Shown piece by piece: positions 1 to 10,005 of a DNA stretch of 64,000 bases (within the stretch, counting starts at the first letter, position 1; every line of letters begins with the position of its first letter). The notes under the pieces were generated by a model that searched no databases, was not told where the DNA came from, and saw nothing but the letters and a program-made list of their open reading frames with translations. The stretch covers positions 2,055,233 to 2,119,232 of the forward strand of contig CAVVTI010000001.1 in assembly GCA_963751205.1 (NCBI GenBank). The letters are read 5' to 3'. The DNA is from an uncultured Cytophagales bacterium. GTDB lineage: Bacteria > Bacteroidota > Bacteroidia > Cytophagales > Hymenobacteraceae. The position numbers and the translations under genes are program-made.

Positions 1-52
1 AGGAGTGGTGCGATAATTTTAATGCCCTTTACGAAAGTTTAAATTTAAAAGC

Positions 53-2815
53 ATGAGTATTTTTACCCCGGTTGCTACTTACCGCGTTCAATTCCACGAA
101 AACTTCCGGTTCCGCGACTTGCTGCCCCAGATCGGTTACCTGGCTTCGCTGGGAATCGATACCATTTATGCCTCCCCAATTTTTACTTCCCGGGCCGGCA
201 GCACCCACGGCTACGATGTAACCAATCCCAACGAAATTGACCCGGAATTAGGAACCCGGGAAGAGTTTGAAACGCTTCAGCAAACCCTGAAACAGCACGG
301 CATGTACTGGCTTCAGGATATTGTGCCCAACCACATGGCCTTCAGTTCCGCAAACCGGTGGCTGATGAAGGTTTTTGAAAAGGGCCGCAATTCCAAATAC
401 TATAATTTCTTCGATATAAACTGGAACCACCCGAACCAGGAACTTACCGGCAAAGTTATGGCACCTTTCCTGGGAGCACCTTTGGAAGAAGTTTTGGCTG
501 CCGGCGATATTAAAATTATTTATGAGGAGAACCGGTTTCAGGTACAATTCTACGAAAACAAATATCCGGTAAGCATGGAAACCTGGCCGGAGATCCTGGA
601 TTATATCCAGAAAAATGCTAACCCTTATTTGGAAGTAATGCCTACCTTCCGGAAAAAAATAGCCGATTTTCAGGTGTATTCGCAAAGCGAAATACCGGAG
701 GCTAAACTGAAGAATTGGGGCAAACGGAAAAGGAAATTTAAAGCCGCTTTACAAGCCGATCCGGCCCTTGAAAAACTGGTGCAGAACGGTCTGGAAAAGC
801 TGAATAAAAGTCAGGAGAAATTAACCGAAATCCTGGATAAGCAAAACTACCGGTTAACCTACTGGAAAGAGACCGATAAAGAAATTAATTACCGTCGTTT
901 TTTTACCATCAACGAGCTGATCTGCCTCCGAATGGAACATCAGGAAGTCTTTGACGCTTATCACAAAACCGCGCTGGAAATGGTTAAAAAAGGCTATTTT
1001 CAGGGATTGCGCATCGACCACATAGACGGGCTGCTGGACCCGGTTACCTATCTTGCCCGCTTGCGGAAAGCATCCGGCCCGGATTGTTTTTTAACCATTG
1101 AAAAGATCCTGGAGCTGGGCGAAGAATTGCCGGCGAACTGGCCGGTGCAGGGTACTACCGGCTATTTTTTTCTGGCCGTAGTAAACCAGCTTTTTACCCG
1201 CCAAACATCCGCTGAAAAGTTCGATGATATCTACAGCAAATTTATCGCCGAAAAACCTGATTACGGGCAGATGGTTTTCGATAAAAAGATCTACATGCTG
1301 GAGAACCACATGCAGGGCGAATTGGATAACCTTTTTGCCTTATTCCGGGATCTGAACCTGTTGCCATCATTGGTAGATTTTTCAGAAGCGCACCTCCGGG
1401 AAGCGCTGAAAATTTTGCTGGCCTCTTTTCCGGTTTACCGCCTTTATTCCAACAATTTCCCGGTGCTGGGTCAGGATGCCCGGGTGCTGGAATTTGCTTT
1501 GGCGGAGGCTGAAAAAAAAGCGCTTTACCTGAAAAAAGAATTCCGGTATTTTCGCGACCTGTTCCAGGGATTCAACGAAGGAGTACCGGGAAAACCGGAA
1601 GATCGCCTTTTCCTTTTAATGCGCAGCCAGCAATTTACTGGTCCGTTGGCGGCCAAAGGCGTGGAGGATACAACTTTTTATAATTACAACCGGCTGATCT
1701 CTCATAACGAAGTTGGCGATAATCCGGAAGTTTTTGGTTTCAGCCTGGACCACTTTCATGAAGTACTTACCGAACGGCAGCAGACCTGGCCGCGGGCTCA
1801 AAATGCCTCCGCCACCCACGATACCAAACGCGGCGAAGATGCCCGCATGCGGTTGAATGTCCTCTCCGAAATGCCGGATGCCTGGGAAAAGATCCTTTTA
1901 ACCTGGGATCAGGCAAACGGGAAATTCCTGCAACAATTGAATGGCGAACAGGTTCCTTCAGCAAACCGGGTTTTCTTTTTATACCAGGCGCTTTTAGGAG
2001 CTTACCCCATGGCCGGCGAGCCGGAAGAAGATTTCCTGGACCGCGTTAAAGAAGCCATGACCAAAGCCATGCGCGAAGCCAAAAGGTTCTCGAACTGGAG
2101 CGAACCAAACGAAAAATATGAGGCCGGCGTGCACGAATTTACGGAAGGCATTTTTGAGGAGAATACGGAATTCCGGAAATCGTTCTTACCGTTTGTGCAA
2201 AAGCTTGGCTTTTACGGCATGTTGTACAGTATCGGCCAGGTTTTGCTTAAAATTACGGCACCCGGAATCCCGGATATTTACCAGGGCTGCGAACTCTGGG
2301 ACTTGAGCATGGTTGACCCCGATAACCGCCGTCCGGTAGATTTTGAGATCCGTAAAAACCTGCTGGCTGAATTAGAAAACCAGCAGGAAAATGGTAGGAA
2401 AAATGCCCTGAAAAGTATGCTGGAAAACTGGTCCGACGGACGGATAAAATTATTCACCACCAGGCAGGCGCTGCGCATCCGGAAAGCTAGCCAAAACCTG
2501 TTTATAAAGGGCGCTTATATTCCCTTACAAACAAGTTTTGAAGGCCAGGCCCACGTGCTTGCATTTGCCCGGAAAACCGAAAACCAGTGGTGCGTAGTGC
2601 TGATTCCCTTAAATGTTACCGATCTTTCGGAAGCGGGAACTTTCCCATTAGGCCAGGCCAGCTGGAAAAATGCCACTGTCACTTTACCGCAAGGCGCTCC
2701 AAACCAATGGCGGAATGCTTTTACCAATGAGACTTTTTCCGGCAATGGTAAGTTGCAGTTAGCAAATGTTTTTGCCACTTTTCCTTTAGCTTTATTAATT
2801 TCTGAAACTGTATGA
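53..2815 (+). CDS. treY: malto-oligosyltrehalose synthase (GH13)
   Basis: 920 aa; ATYRVQF, GSTHGYDV, DIVPNHM, INYRRFF, GLRIDHIDGL, THDTKRGED, DPDNRRPVD motifs. Confidence 0.95.
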   Translation: MSIFTPVATYRVQFHENFRFRDLLPQIGYLASLGIDTIYASPIFTSRAGSTHGYDVTNPNEIDPELGTREEFETLQQTLKQHGMYWLQDIVPNHMAFSSANRWLMKVFEKGRNSKYYNFFDINWNHPNQELTGKVMAPFLGAPLEEVLAAGDIKIIYEENRFQVQFYENKYPVSMETWPEILDYIQKNANPYLEVMPTFRKKIADFQVYSQSEIPEAKLKNWGKRKRKFKAALQADPALEKLVQNGLEKLNKSQEKLTEILDKQNYRLTYWKETDKEINYRRFFTINELICLRMEHQEVFDAYHKTALEMVKKGYFQGLRIDHIDGLLDPVTYLARLRKASGPDCFLTIEKILELGEELPANWPVQGTTGYFFLAVVNQLFTRQTSAEKFDDIYSKFIAEKPDYGQMVFDKKIYMLENHMQGELDNLFALFRDLNLLPSLVDFSEAHLREALKILLASFPVYRLYSNNFPVLGQDARVLEFALAEAEKKALYLKKEFRYFRDLFQGFNEGVPGKPEDRLFLLMRSQQFTGPLAAKGVEDTTFYNYNRLISHNEVGDNPEVFGFSLDHFHEVLTERQQTWPRAQNASATHDTKRGEDARMRLNVLSEMPDAWEKILLTWDQANGKFLQQLNGEQVPSANRVFFLYQALLGAYPMAGEPEEDFLDRVKEAMTKAMREAKRFSNWSEPNEKYEAGVHEFTEGIFEENTEFRKSFLPFVQKLGFYGMLYSIGQVLLKITAPGIPDIYQGCELWDLSMVDPDNRRPVDFEIRKNLLAELENQQENGRKNALKSMLENWSDGRIKLFTTRQALRIRKASQNLFIKGAYIPLQTSFEGQAHVLAFARKTENQWCVVLIPLNVTDLSEAGTFPLGQASWKNATVTLPQGAPNQWRNAFTNETFSGNGKLQLANVFATFPLALLISETV

Positions 2816-4341
2816 GAACTGCCCGCAGCTCCGGCCTGATTTTGCATATTACTTCTTTACCCAGCCCTTATGGGATTGGTGACCTGGGTCCGGAAGCTTA
2901 CCGGTTCGCGGATTTCCTGGTTGCCGCCGGTATTAAATATTGGCAGCTTTTACCGCTGAATCCTATTGAGAAACGCAACGGCTATTCGCCTTACAGCAGC
3001 ACCTCCGCTTTTGCCGGTAATACGTCGCTTATAAGCCCGGATCTGCTGGTAAAAGATGGCTTCCTGAAAAAAGATGAGATAAATTTAAAGGCTAATTTTC
3101 CGGAAAATAAAGTTGATTTTGAAAAAGCCATCAGGTTAAAAAAAGAGTTGTTAGCCAAAGCTTTTCAGAATTTTACCCATAATCCTGACCCGGAAATTAA
3201 AAAAGCCTTTAGCACCTTTTGCCGGAAACAAGCTTCGTGGTTGGATGATTACGCCTTATTTCATGTTTTAGACCAGGTTTTTGAAAAAGCCAGCTGGCTG
3301 AAGTGGCCGCACGGCATCCGGGACCGGGAAGTCAAAGCCCTGGCGAAAATTGCCGAAACCCACCGGGAAGAATTGGATTACGTCCGTTTTACCCAATTTT
3401 TGTTCTACCGGCAGTGGGAAGCGCTGCGGGAATATAGCAACAATAAGGGGGTTCTATTTTTTGGTGACCTGCCTTTTTACGTTAGTTTCGACAGCGCAGA
3501 TGTTTGGGCTAACCCGGAGATCTTTAAACTTGATCCGAAGCGCCAGCCCATTACGGTTTCCGGGGTGCCGCCTGATTATTTCAGCAAAACCGGACAGCTG
3601 TGGGGAACGCCCGTTTATAACTGGAAAAAACTTAAAACCCAAAAATACGATTGGTGGATCCGGCGGTTAAGGCATAACCTGGAACTTTTCGATGTTGCGC
3701 GGCTCGATCATTTCCGGGCTTTTTATGATTTTTGGGAAGTACCGGCGAAAGAAGAAACGGCCGTAAACGGCAAATGGAGCCTGGGCCCGGCCGATGATTT
3801 TTTTAAGCTGTTGCAGAAAACCTTTCCGGATATGCCATTTATTGCGGAAGACCTGGGCGAAGTGGGTCCGGGGGTTTACGAATTACGCGACCGTTTCGAA
3901 CTGCCGGGCATGGCGGTGTTGCAATACGGTTTTGGCGAAGATATTACCACCAGTCCTTTCATTGCTCATAACTTTACCGAGAACATTGTTGCTTACACCG
4001 GAACCCATGATAATAATACCACCAAAGGCTGGTACCGGAAAGAACTGAAACCGCAGGAAAAAGAAAGGCTGAATACCTACCTGAACTATAAGGTAACGGC
4101 CCAGACCGCCAGCGAAGCCCTGATTCGGCTGGCTTTAATGTCGGTAGCGAAACTGGCCATTTTCCCGATGCAGGATTTTCTGAACCTGGATGAAAAAGCG
4201 TTAATGAATAAGCCCTCTGTGGGAGAAGGGAACTGGCGCTGGCGGGTAACGGAAGCACAACTTAAATCGCTTGACCCGAAAGAACTGAAAAAAATGCTGC
4301 TGCTTTATAACCGGGTGCCGAATGAAGAAGGTAAGAAGTAG
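2812..4341 (+). CDS. malQ: 4-alpha-glucanotransferase (amylomaltase, GH77)
   Basis: RSSGLILHITSLP, SPYSSTSAFAGN, GVPPDYFS.TGQLWG, RLDHFR, YTGTHDN; ATGA overlap with treY. Confidence 0.95.
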   Translation: MRTARSSGLILHITSLPSPYGIGDLGPEAYRFADFLVAAGIKYWQLLPLNPIEKRNGYSPYSSTSAFAGNTSLISPDLLVKDGFLKKDEINLKANFPENKVDFEKAIRLKKELLAKAFQNFTHNPDPEIKKAFSTFCRKQASWLDDYALFHVLDQVFEKASWLKWPHGIRDREVKALAKIAETHREELDYVRFTQFLFYRQWEALREYSNNKGVLFFGDLPFYVSFDSADVWANPEIFKLDPKRQPITVSGVPPDYFSKTGQLWGTPVYNWKKLKTQKYDWWIRRLRHNLELFDVARLDHFRAFYDFWEVPAKEETAVNGKWSLGPADDFFKLLQKTFPDMPFIAEDLGEVGPGVYELRDRFELPGMAVLQYGFGEDITTSPFIAHNFTENIVAYTGTHDNNTTKGWYRKELKPQEKERLNTYLNYKVTAQTASEALIRLALMSVAKLAIFPMQDFLNLDEKALMNKPSVGEGNWRWRVTEAQLKSLDPKELKKMLLLYNRVPNEEGKK

Positions 4342-4371
4342 GTTTTTAGAGCTTTAGGTTTTTCTGGTTGT

Positions 4372-4552
4372 GAAACAACCACCCCCACCCCCTCCTTTGT
4401 AAGGAGGGGAGCTGCCGAATTGGTGATTTATAATTGAAGCATTTTATAGCAAGCCTTGAAAATGCTGTGTTAACGGCTCAGAAAGTCAAATTAAAGCTGA
4501 AACAAAAAAAGCTCCCCTCCTTTCAAAGGAGGGGTTGGGGGTGATTGCTTTC
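4372..4552. repeat. REP/MITE-like element with ~41-bp inverted arms, each an internal hairpin
   Basis: 4372-4413 gaaacaaccacccccaccccctcctttgtaaggaggggagct matches the reverse complement of 4510-4552. Confidence 0.85.
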
Positions 4553-4581
4553 GAAGGTAAGAATTCCCTACAGCACAAAAG

Positions 4582-4617
4582 AAAAAGTGCAGCCATTCTC
4601 CAACAGCTGCACTTTTT
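4582..4617. terminator. bidirectional intrinsic terminator between malQ and ispG
   Basis: aaaaagtgcagc...gctgcacttttt stem with A/T tails between convergent genes. Confidence 0.7.
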
Positions 4618-4639
4618 TGTTTAAATTCTCTACCGTTTT

Positions 4640-6620
4640 TTAAACGTTTTCGGTTTCCAACACTAACGGTTCCACCCACTTTCCGTCTTCCCGAATAATA
4701 TTGATCAGTTCGTCTACGGCTTTTTCTTCCGGAACGGATTTTTTGATAACGGTCTGGCCCCGGTATAGCGCAATCTTTCCTTTACCTACTCCTACGTAAC
4801 CATAATCAGCATCGGCCATTTCGCCTGGTCCGTTCACGATGCAACCCATAATGCCGATCTTTACGCCTTTTAAATGGTCAGTCCGTTTCCGGATCATAGC
4901 GGTGGTTTCCTGCAGATCGAATAAGGTACGGCCGCAGCTTGGGCAGGAAATATATTCGGTTTTGCTCATGCGGGTCCGGGCCGCCTGCAAAATACCGAAG
5001 CTAAGTTTATTTAAGTTATCGATCCGGCTGAGCCATTCTTCTTTGGTTTTTGGCGCCATTAATGATGTTCCCAGCATAATGCCATCACCCAGGCCATCTA
5101 TGAGCAGACCGCCGGCATCGGTGGAGGCGTATAATTGCAGGTCCTCATCGGGCATTTCGGTATAATCGCGGCGGATAATAACCGGCACGGAACATTCTTT
5201 ATTCAGTAGCCGGAAAAATGCTCTTCGCAGCTCCGGCATGGCGTGAACATTTTCGGTATGCAACACCACAACTGCGGTTTTATCGGTTTTCAGGCTGGCT
5301 ATCAGTTCTTCAGAAAGGTCCGGCAAACTTACCTGAACCAGATTCATTTCCTTTGACTTTTTTCCTTCTGAAAGGTACTGTTTCGCAGGAATTAAAGGAT
5401 AACGCTCTTCCCGATGTTCTGCTTTAAGCCAGGCGGCATAATCTACAATTTCCTTCAAACCATTCGGCAACATAAAGGTAACAGGCTGCGAACCGGTATA
5501 AATAAAGTCGCTGCCCAGGTCGTTCATGTTGAATTTATCCAGGAGCATGGAATACAAATGGCCCACGCATTTCAGATCAGCGTATTTTATATCCGTAAGC
5601 TGGCTCAGATCGGCAATAACCCGGGGCACGTTGGTTCCGCCCACAATTTGCACTTCCCGGGTTTTGCGGCGCTCATACTGGAACGGGTTTATCGGAACGT
5701 TGGTAACCGGCTCAATTGGTTCGTGGCTTGCACGGTTGGTGTAACGGTTAATCAGGGTTCGGGCCACGGGGGCTTCAAATTCGGGCGCTTCGGTTAAAGA
5801 AACCCGGACCGTATCGCCTAAACCGTCTTCCAGCAGCGTGCCGATACCTACGGCCGATTTTATCCTGCCATCTTCAGCTTCGCCGGCTTCGGTTACGCCT
5901 AAATGCAATGGATATGGTTTCAGCCCTTCTTCTTCCAGCTTTTGCACCAATAACCGGTATGCCTGCACCATAACCTGGGTATTGCAGGCTTTCATGCTCA
6001 GCACCACATTGTAATAATTCAAGTCTTCGCAGATCCGCTGAAATTCCAGTGCACTTTCTACCATGCCCAGCGGGGTATCGCCGTAACGGCTCAGGATGCG
6101 GTCGGAAAGCGAACCGTGGTTCGTGCCAATGCGCATGGCGGTGCCGTATTCCTTACAGATCTTAACCAGCGGTTCAAAGCGTTCGCGAATGCGGTCCAGT
6201 TCAGCCTGATAGGTTTCGTCGGTTGTATTCTATGAAATCGAATTTCTTTTTATCAGCGTAATTTCCAGGGTTTACCCTTACTTTTTCTACAATTTTAGCG
6301 GCCAGTTCCGCCGCATTCGGGGTGAAGTGGATATCGGCAATAAGCGGCACGGTGTAACCGCGTTTGCGAAGTTCAGCTTTAATATTCCGCAGGTTTTCGG
6401 CTTCTTTTACGCTTGGGGCCGTTATGCGTACGTATTCGCAGCCGGCTTCTACCATCCGGATCACCTGCTCCACCGAACCTATAGTATCCATGGTATCTAC
6501 GGTGGTCATAGATTGCACCCGAATTGGATTTTCTCCACCCATAGGCAGATCGCCAATAGTTACTTCAATGGTTTGGCGGCGCTGGTATGCAGTAAGACTG
6601 GGACAATAATTTTTATTCAT
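4640..6620 (-). CDS. ispG: HMBPP synthase IspG, long form; split by a 1-nt indel near 6223
   Basis: RVQSMTT, ADIHF, RVNPGN in 6201-6620; RIGTNHGSLS, PLHLGVTEAG, SCPSCGRT, IMGCIVNGPGE in 4640-6136. Confidence 0.93.
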
Positions 6621-6823
6621 AACGTAGGTATTTCGCCTTTATTAACCCTTTAAACCTGTAGATTGTTCAGGGCGGCGGGGTAAAATTACGGTTAATTCGG
6701 TTGTAATAAAATATTGCACCATTCTAAACTGCTTTTTGGATATTAATTATAATATCGCATGAATCTTTTACCCGAACCTTTCCGTTAAATAGTAATAAAT
6801 ACTTAAAATAATTTTTTTTCCAT

Positions 6824-7312
6824 ATGATACATTTACTCAGAAAGACCCCTACACAACAATTCCAGCCTTTTATTGAAAAAGCTGGCTTGAAAATGCAGCA
6901 GGTCGGTGAGGCTATTTTTATAACGAAAGAATCGATCATGCAGATCCTGCGCGACGAACTGAAAAAAGGAAACATTGACGAAGTAGTGAGTACCCTGAAA
7001 GGTAAACCGATGGCCGGCGGCCGGAAACTGCTTATCGATAAGATCATTAAAAGTATTGCAACCAAAATTGGTTTACGGATGGGTTTAAAAGGCGCTATTG
7101 CTACCGGCCTGGCTGCAATTTTAGTACCGCTAATTCTTTCCAAAATGGCTCACAAAGTGCTGCAAAGCGATTCGGTAACCGATTTGATGGATACCTTTGG
7201 AATTACCGACCGGATGAATGAATTTTCTGAATTAGGTGATGTCCTTCGCGAAAAGTTCATCTTTAAAAAACCGGATAGTGAAATACCATCTCCGGCCGAA
7301 AATGCTGCTTAA
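6824..7312 (+). CDS. hypothetical protein, possibly DUF937-like helical
   Basis: 162-aa ORF with AT-rich leader and downstream terminator; family assignment weak. Confidence 0.6.
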   Translation: MIHLLRKTPTQQFQPFIEKAGLKMQQVGEAIFITKESIMQILRDELKKGNIDEVVSTLKGKPMAGGRKLLIDKIIKSIATKIGLRMGLKGAIATGLAAILVPLILSKMAHKVLQSDSVTDLMDTFGITDRMNEFSELGDVLREKFIFKKPDSEIPSPAENAA

Positions 7313-7327
7313 AAAACGCTATGCGCT

Positions 7328-7377
7328 TTAAACAAAAAAGCCAAACCAGATTTACCGGTTTGGTTTTTTTGTTTAAG
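7328..7377. terminator. bidirectional intrinsic terminator
   Basis: aacaaaaaagccaaacc...ggtttggtttttttgtt. Confidence 0.7.
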
Positions 7378-7382
7378 AGATT

Positions 7383-7555
7383 TTCGATTATTCGATATTC
7401 GGTTGTTCGATTTTTTTTTTAATTCCTCAAGGTTTGAGTTTTTTAAGATAAAACCATAGCATTTTAAATTTCCACAATTTTATTTCGAAAAAAATTCACA
7501 ACCGAATTTATTTAAAAAGTCGAACATTCGAATTTCGAATAATCTAACAATCGAA
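7383..7555. repeat. inverted pair of degenerate TTCGATTG-type 7/8-mer tandem arms
   Basis: 7383-7415 ttcgattattcgatattcggttgttcgat versus 7514-7555 aaaaagtcgaacattcgaatttcgaataatctaacaatcgaa. Confidence 0.75.
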
Positions 7556-7556
7556 T

Positions 7557-9760
7557 TTATCGGCTGAAAAGCATTTCGCGGTATTTAACCAATGGCCAGT
7601 CTTCATCATCTACCATAAGTTCCAGTTTATCTACGCTGTAGCGGATCTATCGAATAAGGCAGCAACTTCGTCGCAGTACATAATGGCTCGTTCGCGGAGT
7701 ATCTTCTAATTTATTGGCTACTTTCCGGCGTTCTACCATTTCATCCACGTTTTTCTTAATAGTAGCAACGTGTTTCGAAATATTTTTAATCGTATCCAGT
7801 GTGGTTTCGAAATATTCTTCTTCCAGCCCAATTCCTGCAATCCTTTAATGTTCTGGATAAGTTTGTTCTGGTAAGCAACTGCCGTAGGAATAACGTGATT
7901 CAGGGCCAGGTCGCCCAAAACGCGGCCTTCGATCTGAATTTTTTTAATGTAATCTTCCAGCAAAATTTCGTGACGGGCATGTAATTCTACTTTAGTGAAA
8001 ATGCCATTGCGTGTAAACAAGTCTTCAGAATCTTTAGATACCAGAGCATCCAAAGCCTGCGGCGTAGTTCTTACATTTGATAAACCACGACGTTCTGCTT
8101 CTTCTTCCCATTCCTTAGAATAACCATTTCCTTCAAACCGAATGGCTTTAGATGCTATAATATATTCGCGCAATACATCAATAATAGCAACTTCTTTTTT
8201 TTTGCCTTTATCGATCATGGGCATCTACTGTCTTTTTGAAATCCATCAACTGATCGGCTACAATGGTATTCAGAATCGTCATAGCAGAAGAACAGTTGGC
8301 TGAAGAACCAACGGCCCGGAATTCGAATTTATTACCGGTAAAGGCAAACGGCGAAGTCCGGTTACGGTCGGTATTATCAAGTAAAATTTCCGGGATTTTA
8401 TCAATACCCAGTTTCAGGTACATGTTATCGCCTTTATCGATGCGTAATGGTAGAATTATTTTCCAGTTCATCCAAACCTCGCTTAAGTTGCGAACCAATA
8501 AAAACCGACATAATAGCCGGCGGCGCTTCGTTGGCACCTAAACGGTGATCGTTGCTGGCGGAAGCAATACTGGCGCGCAATAAATCGGCATATTTATAAA
8601 CTGCCATTAAAGTAGTAACAAAGAAAGCCAAGGAACTGCAGGTTTTCTTTCGGACGTTTGCCCGGCGCCAATAAGTTAACGCCGGTATCGGTAGACATAG
8701 GCCCAGTTGTTGTGCTTACCGCTGCCGTTTACGCCTGTGTAAATGGTTTTTCGTGCAGCAATACTTTAAAGTTATGACGTTCTGCGCCACTTTGCTCCAT
8801 TAAATCCATTAACAACTGGTTATGGTCTACGGCTAAGTTGGCATCTTCAAAAGTTGGCGCGCATTCAAACTGGTTAGGGGCTACTTCGTTATGGCGGGTT
8901 CGTAACGGAATACCTAATTTATAAGCCTCCTGCTTCAAAATCAACCATAAAGGCATGCACCCGGCTAGGGATAGAACCAAAATAATGGTCTTCCAACTGC
9001 TGGCCTTTAGCCGGACGCATGCCCAAATAAAGTACGGCCGGTCATTACCAAATCCGGACGGGCATCATAAAGGGCTTGATCAATTAAAAAGTATTCCTGT
9101 TCAATACCCAGCGTAGCGGTTACTTTGGTTACATCTTGATCGAAATACTGGCAAACTTCTACGTGCTGCATTTTCTACAATGGCTAAGGTTTTAAGTAAA
9201 GGTGCTTTATAATCGAGGGCTTCGCCGGTATAGGCTACAAAAATGGTAGGCATACAAAGCGTTTTGGTACCGGCCATTCTCAATAATAAAAGCCGGAGAA
9301 GTTGGGTCCCAGGCGGTATAACCACGGGCTTCGAAGGTATTACGGATACCGCCGTTCGGGAAAGAAGAAGCATCCGGTTCCTGCTGTACCAGGGCGCTGA
9401 TCCTTTAAAATTTTCAATGGCCTGGCCATCGGGGTTTAAATCAAAAAAGGAATCGTGTTTTTCGGCGGTTGCGCCGGTTAAAGGCTGAAACCAGTGGGTA
9501 TAATGCGTAGCGCCTTTGCCCATGGCCCAGGTTTTCATGGCGGAAGCAACGGCATCGGCTACATTCCGCTCTACTTTCTGGCCCTGGTGAATGGCCTTCT
9601 GCAGCTTTTTAAAATATTCTGAAGAAAGGGTGGCCCGCATGGCTTCGGTGCCAAAAACATTCCTTCCGAAATAATCAGAGATCTTTTGTGCCGGCAGGGT
9701 AATTTCCTGCGGCTTGCGCTGGCTAACTAATTCCAGGGCTTTAAATCTTAATACTGCCAT
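7557..9760 (-). CDS. glnA: glutamine synthetase type III; several indels
   Basis: [61 protein letters not shown]; C-terminus [13 protein letters not shown] then stop at 7557. Confidence 0.92.
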
Positions 9761-9789
9761 AATTTTATTGGTGCGTTTAGATGTTAAGG

Positions 9790-9797
9790 CAAAGTTA
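9790..9797 (-). promoter_or_regulatory. Bacteroidota housekeeping -7 element for glnA
   Basis: TAACTTTG on minus strand ~30 nt upstream of ATG. Confidence 0.6.
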
Positions 9798-9993
9798 GAG
9801 ATAAATCTAAATTTTCAACAAATACCCCCTAATTTTTTAAGGCCTTTCATGAATTTTTATGCTGATTTTTAAAAAAAGCCTTAAAATAAAAAGGGGTTGA
9901 CAGAATAAACCATGTTTTCGGTTAGAATGGCCCTTATTTAATTAGACTTTATATTATTATGTCTCCGGAAAAGAAATTAGGAAGCCAATCCTG

Positions 9994-10001
9994 TATATTT
10001 G
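9994..10001 (+). promoter_or_regulatory. -7 element, near-leaderless transcript
   Basis: TATATTTG 4 nt before the GTG start at 10006. Confidence 0.55.
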
Positions 10002-10005
10002 TCCC

